The translations under genes were made by a program, and so were the position numbers. From assembly GCA_965645245.1 (NCBI GenBank), contig OZ287085.1, forward strand, positions 868,001-932,000: a stretch of 64,000 bases of DNA, read 5' to 3'. Source of the DNA: Massalongia carnosa. Taxonomy: Eukaryota. This document shows positions 9,804 to 20,600 of the stretch, piece by piece. Every line of letters starts with the position of its first letter. Within the stretch, counting starts at the first letter, position 1. The notes below the pieces were generated by a model, which worked only from the letters and a program-made list of their open reading frames with translations, did not search any database and had not been told where the DNA came from.

Positions 9804-11507
9804 ATGACGTCCCATCCCTGCTTACCTGCACCAATCAGACCAAATACAATCCCTTCGTTTCAACTCGTAGACGCATCTCGTCAGCGTTTGAAAGACAGCC
9901 CATCTCCCCTCGTACCGTCCGCATGGGCAACTCTACTTCAAGAGTATCCGGGCCCCCTCCGAGTCCATCTGCCCATGATCCTTCGTTTCGGAGTACAAAT
10001 CGGATACGAAGGCCCCACAGACATCCTTCGGATCGAAAAAAATCTGACATCAGCGAATGAGGACCCGGAAACGATCGAGAATAAGCTCCAAGAGGACCTC
10101 AGGAAGGGCCGAGTCAGACGAATAGCCGCCCCGAGTCAGCCATTTGTGGCCTCCCCCCTCGGCTTGGTCCCGAAACATGACGGAGGATGGCGAAGCATTC
10201 ATCATCTGTCTCATCCCAATCAAACATCAGTCAACGACAACATTCCAGAAGAGGCATCCAAATTACAATACGCCAGACTCGACGACATTATTCAATTGAT
10301 TCTGTCAGCGGGCAAAGGTGCTGTCATAGTGAAAAGAGACGTCAAAGACGCCTTTCGAAACGTTCCCGTCGCACCTCATCATCAATGGCTTCTGGGTTTC
10401 GGATGGAATGACGAATTCTACACCGAGACATGCCTTTCGTTCGGACTGTCGACGGCCCCGTTCATCTTCAATCTTTTTGCGGAAGGCTTTCATTGGATTT
10501 TGGAATCCTTTCTACAATGGAGATTACATCACTATCTAGACGACTTCGTTGCAATTTTCCCATCCGAGACATCGTCAGAACGATTGCACCAAGAAACAAA
10601 AGCCTACAACATTCTCACCGACATTCTTGGCATCCCGAGAAACGACTCAAAAGACGCCGAGGGAACGACAGCGACAGTCTTCGGACTCGAGGTCGACACC
10701 ATCAACAGTCTTATTCGTCTGCCAGCGGACAAGCTGGAAAAAGCGAGAATCATCACTACAAAGGCACTAAACGAGACGACAATCAGCCTCGGCGACATGC
10801 AGTCAATAGCGGGCTTCCTAAGCTTCTGCGCACAGGCAGTCAAATTGGGCCGAGTCTTCTTACGATTATTCTGGAATTTTATAGCCTCATTTCCCTCGGG
10901 CAGTCATCGTCGGGTCAAAAGAAGAATTCCCACATGGGTCAGACAGGATCTCATCTGGTGGAACAAACTTCTAGTGGACTTCAACGGTATTGTCTTCTTC
11001 GAGACGTCAACACGAGACACGATCAAGGTGCATACGGATGCATGCCTCACGGGTCTCGGAGGCTATTTTCAACAAGACAACGAGCTCGTGAATCAAAAAA
11101 ACGCATGTAGGGCCCGAGTCCTAGTCCTCAATCAGGAAGGATCACCGAGCATAAACGTCCGAGAAGTCGAAGCTATCCTTCTAATCCTTCAGAAATGGGC
11201 GCCGACATGGCGACATCGACAGATCCTTGTCTTTACCGACAGCAACACAGCATACACAGGATTCACGAATCTAACCCTCAAGGGACCGGCCAACGCGCCT
11301 CTACGAGAAATACTGTCCATAGCTGCAAAGTGGGACATCGTACTACGTTGTCAATGGATCAGTGGCACTTCCAATGGACTAGCAGATGCCCTGTCACGTT
11401 TTGATGATGAAAGATTGGCTAACTTTTGCCCTCATTGGCAGAACCCATACAATTCGATGAACCTCCCTCCACCTACCTATCCTCCACACCAGGGTCAGCC
11501 CTGGTAA
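9804..11507 (+). CDS. Reverse transcriptase / RNase H of DIRS-Ngaro type
   Basis: RT motifs SPLGLVPK..GWRSIHHLSHP, KRDVKDAFR, LSFGLSTAPFIF and HYLDDF. RNase H motifs HTDAC, INVREVEA, FTDSN and NGLADALSR. Confidence 0.93.
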   Translation: MTSHPCLPAPIRPNTIPSFQLVDASRQRLKDSPSPLVPSAWATLLQEYPGPLRVHLPMILRFGVQIGYEGPTDILRIEKNLTSANEDPETIENKLQEDLRKGRVRRIAAPSQPFVASPLGLVPKHDGGWRSIHHLSHPNQTSVNDNIPEEASKLQYARLDDIIQLILSAGKGAVIVKRDVKDAFRNVPVAPHHQWLLGFGWNDEFYTETCLSFGLSTAPFIFNLFAEGFHWILESFLQWRLHHYLDDFVAIFPSETSSERLHQETKAYNILTDILGIPRNDSKDAEGTTATVFGLEVDTINSLIRLPADKLEKARIITTKALNETTISLGDMQSIAGFLSFCAQAVKLGRVFLRLFWNFIASFPSGSHRRVKRRIPTWVRQDLIWWNKLLVDFNGIVFFETSTRDTIKVHTDACLTGLGGYFQQDNELVNQKNACRARVLVLNQEGSPSINVREVEAILLILQKWAPTWRHRQILVFTDSNTAYTGFTNLTLKGPANAPLREILSIAAKWDIVLRCQWISGTSNGLADALSRFDDERLANFCPHWQNPYNSMNLPPPTYPPHQGQPW

Positions 11508-12589
11508 AACGTCTCGTCTGGCACGGACACTCGGCGGACACGAGAAAAGGGTACGGGACGGCGATCGACTCATACGAGGCATTCTGCGCGACGACGGGAC
11601 GCACGTCGTGGCCTGCAACAACCGAGTCCCTCGAGGAATGGCTAGCCGGTCGACTATACGGGGGCGGCACACCCAAGCAGGGAAAGATAAAACCAGAGAC
11701 GGCAGCGAGCTACCTCGCCGGCCTCAGATCATACCATGTAGACCGAGGATACGGCCTCACCCCATTCGAGGGGCCGAGACTTCAATTGATGCTGAAAGGG
11801 GGAAAAAGGATCTTTTCTCAGACAAAAAGAAGACGCCTACCCATTTCAAAAGAATTACTGACAAAAATCACCAGTATTCCCGCTCATTCGGCCGAAGACC
11901 TCAACATCGACGCGACATTCAAAGTTGCATGGGCAGGGTTCCTCAGACTCGGGGAAATCACCTACACTGTCGCTGATCGTAAGAAGACATCTTTTCAGAG
12001 ATTGAAACCTACACGAGGTGACATCTCATTCGCCGAGAACGATCAATACGCGACATTACGTCTCAAAAGAAGCAAAACAGACACAAATCACTCAGGAGTT
12101 CAGATAGTGCTGGCAGCGACCAATGAGAGCACTTGCCCCGTGACAGCACTACGGCGTCTTTTCAGAAATGATCCTCAGCCATCTACATCCCCGCTTTTTC
12201 GTCTCGGCACCGCATTCACCAGAGCCTCCGTCATAGCATCCCTGAAAAAGAGACTGATAGCCGTCGGCATCAACGACTCGGCATACTCGGGACACAGCTT
12301 CAGAAAAGGAGCAGCACAACACGCCGCCGACCACGGGATGCTGGATGAGAGTATTCAGAGACTCGGAAGATGGTCATCAAACGCGTTTCAGCTATACTTT
12401 CAGACGTCCCAGGCCTCACTATTCAATTTGAACCTCAGTTTTCAAAAAGGCATCCCTCTAGCAGTCCCACGTGCTGTCGTCGCCGAGACGAATCCTACAA
12501 ACTCCTACCCCTACTCAATTGGGCATTCCATTGGGCGTACAGGTCAACCAGGGCATCGATCCGGAGCGCCGCCGGGCACCTCCATCTAG
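11426..12589 (+). CDS. Tyrosine recombinase (lambda integrase-like), overlapping the end of RT/RH
   Basis: Catalytic residues visible: FLRLGE (R), SKTD (K), GHSFRKGAA (H-x-x-R) and GRWSS..FQLY (W, Y). There is no ATG near the start of the frame, so the true start is uncertain. Confidence 0.9.
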   Translation: MPSLAEPIQFDEPPSTYLSSTPGSALVKRLVWHGHSADTRKGYGTAIDSYEAFCATTGRTSWPATTESLEEWLAGRLYGGGTPKQGKIKPETAASYLAGLRSYHVDRGYGLTPFEGPRLQLMLKGGKRIFSQTKRRRLPISKELLTKITSIPAHSAEDLNIDATFKVAWAGFLRLGEITYTVADRKKTSFQRLKPTRGDISFAENDQYATLRLKRSKTDTNHSGVQIVLAATNESTCPVTALRRLFRNDPQPSTSPLFRLGTAFTRASVIASLKKRLIAVGINDSAYSGHSFRKGAAQHAADHGMLDESIQRLGRWSSNAFQLYFQTSQASLFNLNLSFQKGIPLAVPRAVVAETNPTNSYPYSIGHSIGRTGQPGHRSGAPPGTSI

Positions 12590-13014
12590 ATCATCGCCGT
12601 CGGGCACTGCCGTCGGGCATCATCTATCGGATCGTTGAGCGTCAGCAGACGCCTCGGGCCTAGAAGATGAGGTTCTCACCTCAGCACCGACCCCGAGTCA
12701 CGTGCCTAGGCCTGCCCGGGCTGACCTGTGTCGTTCCCATGCCCAATCAAATTCAAGCATTCAAATCAATTCATCCAATTAAAAGCCCCCCCAGCGCAAG
12801 CGAAGGTAACGGCACTGATAAGGGTCATAGAAGAGATAATAGTTGAAAGTAAGTTTCGTGGTTTTGTTAGTTCCCAATAAGCGGGTGTTCCGAATAGTGG
12901 TAAATTACGTTAGAGCCACGCTAAATCGTGTTCGGCGGCCACTAAACCCGAAGTCGAAAGCAGCGCCGTCCGCTCGTTTATAAATAGAGTACGGATACGT
13001 GGACACCGCTTTGG

Positions 13015-14165
13015 CACGCGGCTGACAAAATAACCGGGAATTGGCCAAAATTTTACCCCACCAAATTCTCTCCCCTATTTACCATTCAACATCTAAACAT
13101 TATGGCTTTACAACGCTCAACCACCCCTAACTTGGAGCTCCGGGCTGCTAAAGCTCATTATTCTACTCCTACCAAAGCTGCAGTTCGAAGTGCCGTTTAT
13201 TTCGCTGAGCGAATGAATTTATCCTACAGAAAACAGGACGTTTTCATAACATTCAACGTTAGTACAACGCGTGGCTATGAGATGCTTCGAAATTAATCTT
13301 ATTCTTTTTTTTCTCGTCAATTTCATCATAATCCTGATGAAGAAGAAATTCGAGGAAGAAAACAGCTTATTTCTTCCGTCAAAATTCGGAAGATGGAACG
13401 AATTCTAGAAGAAGAAGGAATTGAAGCTCGCTCCCTGACTTGGCAACAATAGGGCTACGAAGTGGGATTGGATTGTAGTAGTAATAGGGTAGGCCTAGTA
13501 TGCGTTCGTTGAACGTAAGACTGACCTATGTGGCTATGTGGGATACGTACAGCCAAAACAACCACCAAGACAATAAGGTCCCGCCTAACCCAGTTAGGCA
13601 TAGTGTGGGGACTTAACTTATAATAGAGGTGTTTTCGTAGTACACGAAGTATCCCCGCGCCTCGCCTCACCTCCCCTAGCTCGCCTGCCTAGTCTCATCT
13701 ACCCGTGTCTTTCGGTGACCGAAGTGTTTCGGTGACCGAAAATACCAGGTAGTATGGGCAAGGTACGGAAGAAGAGCTTAGGTTGTGGATTGTCCTATTC
13801 TATATAGATCAATAATCAAGCACTTCAAAAGGGTAGCATTTAGTCTACCCTTTGACCCGACCCTACCTATTTGTACCTCTATTGTGACAATCACGTTGTG
13901 TAGCCCCTGTGGATCCCCTCTTCCAGTAGTGAATGCCTGCTGGGAGACGGTCTCCCCGTTTCAGTAGTGGTCGTACGGTGCAAAGAGCTATGGGGACAAT
14001 TGATTATCATAAATGCGTGTCTTGCAAGAACTTGATTTATGAGAGGTGGGAGCACGTGTCTCAGTCATTCATAGATGAAAAAGTAGCTAGCATGCCAGAA
14101 AGGCTAAAAGCGGTCATTGATTGTTATTGATTGCGTAGCAATGCGGTTATTTTGTCAGCCGCGTG
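13015..14165 (+). mobile_element. Internally deleted Tc1-like element inserted in the MULE terminus
   Basis: Perfect 22-bp TIR CACGCGGCTGACAAAATAACCG at 13015-13036 and 14144-14165. The relic reads RGRKQLIS..MERIL..LTWQQ..SGRTVQRAMG and ends SMPERLKAVID, which is Tc1 C-terminus-like. Confidence 0.75.
13480..13963. repeat. Solo LTR nested in the Tc1-like element; a second copy lies at 46470-46936
   Basis: TSD GTAGT (13475-13479 and 13964-13968), CA end, and homology to 46470-46936. Confidence 0.85.
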
Positions 14166-14543
14166 CCTGGACACCCCAGTAATACACGGACACCCCCTTC
14201 CTAGATTAGGTAAGAATCAAGGGTTCAGACCCCTCACTTACCTACTTCGGGGTAAGCTCCCGAGGGTGCACACGGGAATTTTTTTTCAACCGTAAACACC
14301 AACATTTTGGCATTTCGTAAACTTCAACATCACAAGCATTTTGACACTTCATCATGTCTGCACCACCTCCTGACCCCCCACCTCCTGATGGACTTGCATC
14401 CCTCGAAGATGGACCAGCTACTCCACCCCGACCACCTGGCCCGCTACCCCCCGGCGGAATTGCACCCCCCGAGGATGGACAAAGGTTTGAAAGTCTGGTA
14501 GACCTGGTTCTACGAGTCAATGAGCATGCTGGTCGTCAAGGAT

Positions 14544-14784
14544 TGTCAGGGTCTCGACACGGGGACGAGGATCCTCGCCTCGATCGGGGACAGAACGTCT
14601 AAACCCTGACAACGCGTCATCGGAGTTATCAGGATAGGAATTTCTTAGGAGTAGGACATCGGAGAGGGGTATATATTAGTCGTTTCGGTTCTTATGGATA
14701 GCTAGTTGTCAGTTTATCCATTCTATCCTCGCATGCCATAGCCCTATAGGGCTCCCTCCCATCGCCTGTCACAATAACCTTACA
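14544..14784. repeat. Solo LTR (241 bp) in the MULE transposase
   Basis: TG..CA ends and TSD AGGAT. Removing it restores ...GRQG YAVVLG... Confidence 0.9.
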
Positions 14785-15329
14785 AGGATACGCAGTCGTT
14801 TTGGGTCGAACCAAGAAGTCGAAACTTAATGTAACGAGAAAGGCATGGCTGATATGTGATCGAGGAAGAAGAATCGACGGACCAAGAGGTCAGAATCGGC
14901 GACATACGGGCAGCCGACGAATTGAATGCCCTTTCTCTTTTATTGCCACACGAGAAAACGACATTGGTATCTGGTTTTTGGAGGTGGTCAAATCTACTCA
15001 TAATCATGCTTCTACCCTCGCTGGTTCTTATCCATCGTTGAGGAAATTGGCGATGACGAAAGAGGTTAAAAGCGAGATTTTCCGAGCTCTGATCGTGCAA
15101 ACAGCGCCGTTCCAAGATTTAATCTAGTCTTCGTGTTGCTGATCCGACGACGGGAATCAATTTTGACGATTCAGAAAATACCTACATCATCAATCCCTTA
15201 TTCAAACCTCAGGATATCTACAACGTCAAAGCATAGCTTCGTCGCGAGATACTCGGCCCATTGACTCCGGTTCAGGCATTAACCCGAGAGCTAGATCAAG
15301 GAGATTGGACGTATCAGATGCAAAAGGAT

Positions 15330-15519
15330 TATAATGATGATTATGATAATTCTTATTCCGATATGGTACCGGCAGAAGGCCGGCCTATGCGGGCAAGTCT
15401 ATGGGATTATATAATACATGGAAAACCTTTTGAGGAAGAAAAACCAAGTAATCTGATATTTCTACGAATACTCTCCGAGTCTCTGTCGAGAGATCTTTCT
15501 AAAGAACAGTTGACCGATA
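15330..15519 (-). mobile_element. Short retroposed insertion (probable 5'-truncated LINE or SINE)
   Basis: 14-bp direct repeat AGATGCAAAAGGAT at 15316-15329 and 15520-15533, with an ATC/ATT-type tail at one end. Confidence 0.55.
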
Positions 15520-16824
15520 AGATGCAAAAGGATGATCTTAATAGAATAACTCATTTATTCTTTATTAAGGGCTGTTCTCCACGACTATTAAAGACGAATT
15601 ACGAGGTGTTGGTGATAGACGCCACTTATAAAACCAACAGATTTAAGATGCCCCTTATTGATTATCAGTGGTCAAACCGCCCTACATACCAACTTCTATG
15701 TGGCATTTTGCTTCATGACCAAGGAAGCCATGTCTGATTATACCTAGATATTGCAGCAATTGCGAGGTGTATATGATCGGATGATGCTTCCTAACCCGAT
15801 CGTCATAGTCACGGACATGGAAAAGAGTCTGAAAGCTGGAATTGAGGATGTTTTCCCCGTAACCAATCATCTGCTTTGCTTATGGCATATCAATAATAAC
15901 GTCCTGACCAATTGCAAGAAGAGCTTTGATACCAAAGAGGCGTGGGAATCCTTCTTCGCTGACTGGAAAACGGTCGTTTATGCCTCGTCAGAACCGGAGT
16001 TTTTGGAGTCATAGGAGCGATTCAGGATTCAGTATCAGGGTCAGGATAAATTTGTGGAATAGCTGAACGACATCTATATACCCTTCCGACATTATTTTGT
16101 CAAGTGCTATACCAGTATGATTACTCATTTCGAAACCACCACTACCTCTCGAGATGAAGGCGGGCATGCAGAACTTAAGCGACAGCTAGGGTCATCATCG
16201 GGAGATCTTAAGACGGTTGTGGACGGAATCAATCTTCTATTGATCAATAAACTTTACAATCATCTGATTCGTCTTGATGAAGCGAAGGTACGACTACCTA
16301 TGGATATTCGCAAACCTATCTTTCAGGAAATCAGTCCATACGTCACTCCCTACGCTTTGAGAAAGATAATGCCTCAATACAAACGTTTGGTTGGTCAACC
16401 AACAGCTATTCCGGCCTGTACTGGAACGTTCAGCTTTACCATGGGTCTTCCGTGCAGTCATAAGATTCAGGAACCATTGTATGGGGATAGGGGGGAAAAG
16501 TTGCTATTAGAAGATATTCATCCTCATGGGATGTTTGATAGGACAGTAGCCCGATCACTCGATTAAATGAGAAGCACGAGAATAAGTGATTAGATACTTA
16601 TACAAAAACATGCGAAAAATTTTACAATAAATTATCATGATCTTATTTTTCATTCTCGAACTGTCATATTTCGATATGTTATTTCTTTATCAAAAATATC
16701 GTCTTCGAAGAAGTGACATATAAAACATTACTAGTCGACAGATACTCTGTTACTTCATGACAAAATCCACGATTGCTTATTCTTTCTCTCTGTAAAAATA
16801 ATCTCTAGATTTATTTGTTGAATC

Positions 16825-17072
16825 TGTTATGATCTACCTAGAGACAAGTCATAGGGACACTAGAAACGAATACAATAAAGATGTAGAAGGAAAAAGACAA
16901 TCGACAACCAGAACCTGCCCCTATATATCCTCTACTGCGCTAGTACCCATGTAGTATAGTGGTCATAGAACCTTCTAGTAGCTGCGGGAACGAAATCGAA
17001 ACTGCCTGCGTGTTCCATCTACGATTAATTGCTCTAGGTCGTGCCGAGGTCGTGCCGAGTAGAATCATGACA
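16825..17072. repeat. Solo LTR (248 bp); an inverted relative lies at about 50034-50270
   Basis: TG..CA ends and TSD GAATC (16820-16824 and 17073-17077). Confidence 0.85.
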
Positions 17073-17618
17073 GAATCGACTTTGTTCCTTAACTTTTTCG
17101 TTTTCAAGAAGATGACTTGTTTATTAAGTCAGTCAATAACACTTTTTTAGAGTTTTTTAAAGCTGTCTTCGTTAAACTGACATGTTTTATATGTAAAGTT
17201 TCTTGCGCTTTCACAATAAATTTCAATATTTGTTCAGATTTAGATTTACGTTGTGAAATCAGTGTTCGATCACGTTCTTTATCTTTTTCTAATATGCTTC
17301 AAATTTGCTTCTTCATTATTATAAATCTTTTTGTCGCTTTTTCGTTCTTGTATTCTCGAATTTCTTTCTTTCTTTCGATAATGCATCGTCTTTTTCGAAC
17401 GAAAAATTATCAGAATTATAACTCACTGATATTCTTTCTTCTTTGAAAGATATGACGAAGCGAGATAGTAAATAGATTCTACCATTGCGCCACTTGTCCT
17501 CCCGACCAAAAGGCACAATACTAAGTCCGCAGACCAAGCTCTATTCTACTATAACTGGGACTCCTGCTATATTCGTTGTAGGTACTGCCGTCCGCATCAC
17601 GCACGGTCGAACCTACGC

Positions 17619-20600
17619 TGTGAGAGTGACTCTGGACTAGGAGTAGTGTAGTGGGTTAAGAGTAGAACAATTTATTACGGAGTAGTTAAATTATAAGATG
17701 ATCTATCTAGGTGGGCCTAACACCATATTATATAGATCAGTGGGAATAGTCGAGGTCGAGTTTCTTCAATACTCTGCCAACTATGCCAACTAAGGGCGGA
17801 CGTTCCTCCGTGGGCTCAGACCTTCTGTCCGTCCCATTAGTCATCGCTTGACCTGACTATAGTATGAGAAAAGGCATGGACCCGAAAAGCATTCTGAAGG
17901 TAGAAAGCAGATGATATTTATCCCAGGCCAAAAGGCCTGGTTTTACCAGCACTAGTCTAAGCTAAATAAATAAAATAGGAAGGTGCCAGCCTTGGAAGGT
18001 GCAGACCATCTGGTCTCTCTAGACGCCATACTACCACTGTATGATTGTGTTCAGCACCGCTGAGTCATCAGGCTTAGTAATAATCAGCCTTATACGGCTG
18101 CGCTGTAACAATAGGCCTCCCCTTAGGGCTACTGTCCTCAGGAGCCGCATTATCGCGAGTTGGGAATAACCTCACTCTTGGAAGACTAAAATCCTAACTC
18201 TCGTAACAACTCCGCTTTTTTTGAGCCGGACTGTGCGCCATTTCGCGCCAGACGTACAAGTGTTGTTACCCCGCTTCCCCGTAGAATCTTCTTCCAAGTA
18301 ACATCAACAATCTTACTTTCCATCATTGCTCGCTTTAAGCTTGATTGATTGTGACCTGAAGTGAGTCTGCATCTTAGTTGAGTCGTCGTCGTTTCTTGGG
18401 TGGCCCACCACTTGGTGGTTTATTTGGATACCTCTCATGAAACGACGAGGTCAATTCTCTTGCTCCCTCCATTTCCCCGGCCGGTAGCCACTGGTTATCC
18501 GTATCTGGGTAACCCAACCACTTTACTAAGTATTGTATTTTCCCATAATAGAAGCGGCTGTATAGTACATCTTCTATTTCCCATTGTTCTTCGCCGTCAA
18601 CTTCCATTGGCGGCGGCTGAGGCTCTTCTCTATCGGCGGATACCTTATAAGGTTCCAATAGAGACACATGGAAAACATCATGTATGCCTTTCGCTATGGT
18701 GGGAAGCTGGAACCTGTACGCCTGCTTACCTATGGGTTCTATGATTTCACAAGGTCCAAAGAATTTGAAGTCCAACTTCTTGGAAGGTCTAATGGTGCGG
18801 ATGTTCTTTCCATTCAACCATACCTTTTCTCCTTTGTTGAAGTTGTGAGGGACATGTTTTTTGTCATAATTCTTGGCTTGTTTCTCCATGATGGATTTCC
18901 ATCTTGCTTCGAGCATGCGTCTCATCTCTGTGAGTCCCTCTGCCCGCACCCTGGCCGCCGGGATGTCTGTATTTACGTCCTTGATTTCTTTTTCCCATCT
19001 GGGATGACGGCCATAGGCGGCGAAGAATGGACTCACCCCGGTAGTCGTGTGAACGCTATTATTGTAAGCAAATGCAGCAACAATTAACCATTGTGCCCAG
19101 TCATCTTGCTGATAATTGACAAAGGTACGAAGATATTGTTCCAAGGTCTGATTTTGTCTTTCTGTCTGCCCGTCAGTTTGCGGGTGAAACGCGCTGCTGT
19201 AGCGGCACAGTATCGACAGGTGTGCGCAAAAAGTTTCCCAGAAATGAGAGGTAAACAGACTGCCTCTGTCAGTGACCCAATTCTCAGGCACTCCATGCTG
19301 ACCATAGACTAGGTCAAACACAGCATCGGCCATTATTTCGGCTGACCAGTCCATTCTTGAGGGAATATAAATGGCGAACTTTGTATAACGATCGACGGCC
19401 ACAAGTATCGAGTCTGATACGAGGCCTCTCCGCATGCTGGGCGGAAGATCGGTGATAAAGTCCATTGTCATATCACTGAATGGGGCTCTAGGAAGGGGAA
19501 GGGAAGATAATTGTCCCCAGGGCTTGTGCCTTACGGCTTTTGCCCGATGACATTTTGCGCACGTCTCGACATAATGCTTTACGTCTTTGTACATACCTGG
19601 CCAATAATACTTTCTTCTTATCAAGTCAAGAGTTCTATCAAATCCGAAATGGCCCGCAAAGGGATCGTCATGATTACGTTCAAGTAAGCGTCTTCTCAAA
19701 AGACCAGCAGGAACATACCATTTCTCATTAAAACATAAGAGTTCTCCATCCATATGCCACTTTCTTTTGGTCATGGAGTTAACATATTATTGCCTAGCCG
19801 TCTCTGCACCTTCGGGTTGCCTGAGCTGGGCCGGCGGTGTGTCGCTTTGCACAGAGTCTCTTCTTACCAGTCTATCGTCCGTACTCTCTCTGTCCTCACG
19901 CTCCCACAACTCCGACTGTGCGGTGAGGGGCCGTTTTTCCTGCACAAGGTGATCAGCCTCCTGTAAGATTTGTAAAACGGTGCGCAATTCTAAAGAGGGC
20001 ACAGCATAGGCCGTTTCATACTGAGTTACTTCTTTCACAGTATCTTTTGACGCCAGGGTCTGCGGTCCTGCAACGTCCGCGAGCTGGAACGACCACGCTT
20101 CCTCAGCGGGCTCGCGAAGATCAGTCAGGGTAGTGGAATTTTCTCCCTTAAGACTGGAATCTCTTCTCGTTGTGAGTTCGGAAGGACTCCGTGTAGTGCC
20201 CGCAGAAGGCACAGAAGATCCTTCCTTCGGAACTAACGAGGCAAATGCGCTTCGGGATATATCCCACGGTGTTTGAGCACCGTTCCTAAGCAGTTCCTCC
20301 GATACGATGCTGGGCTTAGGATGGGGCCTGCTTGTTGCGGTCAGCAAGGCTCCTCCCCCTGTATTAAGGGATGGAATAATTATTGTTTGACTGCTTCCTG
20401 ACAGCGTGGCCAGAAGCGTCTCTGCCTCACCGAGAGGGGCGTAGTCGCTCCGTCGGGAGGGCGCATCCGCAGGATTGAGTTTCCCCGGGCGGTATATTAT
20501 TTGAAGATCTAGGCCGGAGAGTCTCTCCCACCACCTAGCCTCTCTTCTATTGAGATTTTGCTAGTAAGAAAAGTTCTCAAGTTTGCATGGTCGGTAATGA

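Larger units (their letters stand above)
8546..12782 (+). mobile_element. Tyrosine-recombinase retrotransposon (Ngaro-like), ORFs intact
   Basis: Gag-like ORF, RT/RNaseH ORF and an overlapping tyrosine recombinase ORF, with no methyltransferase domain. It sits in the 5' leader of the pogo element. Boundaries are inferred from the AATTAA shared at 8540-8545 and 12777-12782 and are less certain than the element call. Confidence 0.85.
544..12910 (-). mobile_element. Internally deleted pogo/Fot1-like DNA transposon hosting nested Gypsy and YR-retrotransposon insertions
   Basis: Imperfect TIRs of about 48 bp at 544-591 (TCGTAATTCACTGCTATTCGGAACACCCGCTTATTCGGAACTAACAAA) and 12863-12910 (reverse complement ACGTAATTTACCACTATTCGGAACACCCGCTTATTGGGAACTAACAAA). 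TA flanks both ends, and transposase relics lie inside. Confidence 0.8.
12987..16566 (+). mobile_element. Decayed Mutator-like (MULE) element with several nested insertions
   Basis: The putative TIR starts GAGTACGGATACGTGGACACC. Transposase pieces: FAR1-like (HAGRQG|YAVVLGRTKK..CDRG..CPF..HNH), DDE (VIDATYKTNRF, IVTDME, CLWHI) and TTTSRDEGGH..GLPCSH, with stops and frameshifts. The right TIR was not found. Confidence 0.8.

Noticed and set aside
11426..12589. Recombinase as a prophage integrase, Crypton or Starship captain
   Set aside because: It overlaps a DIRS-type RT/RH ORF that follows a gag-like ORF, which is the YR-retrotransposon layout.
12783..12860. Hammerhead ribozyme (CTGATAAG) next to the YR element
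   Set aside because: The core is not CUGAnGA and I found no properly placed GAAA/UH stems.
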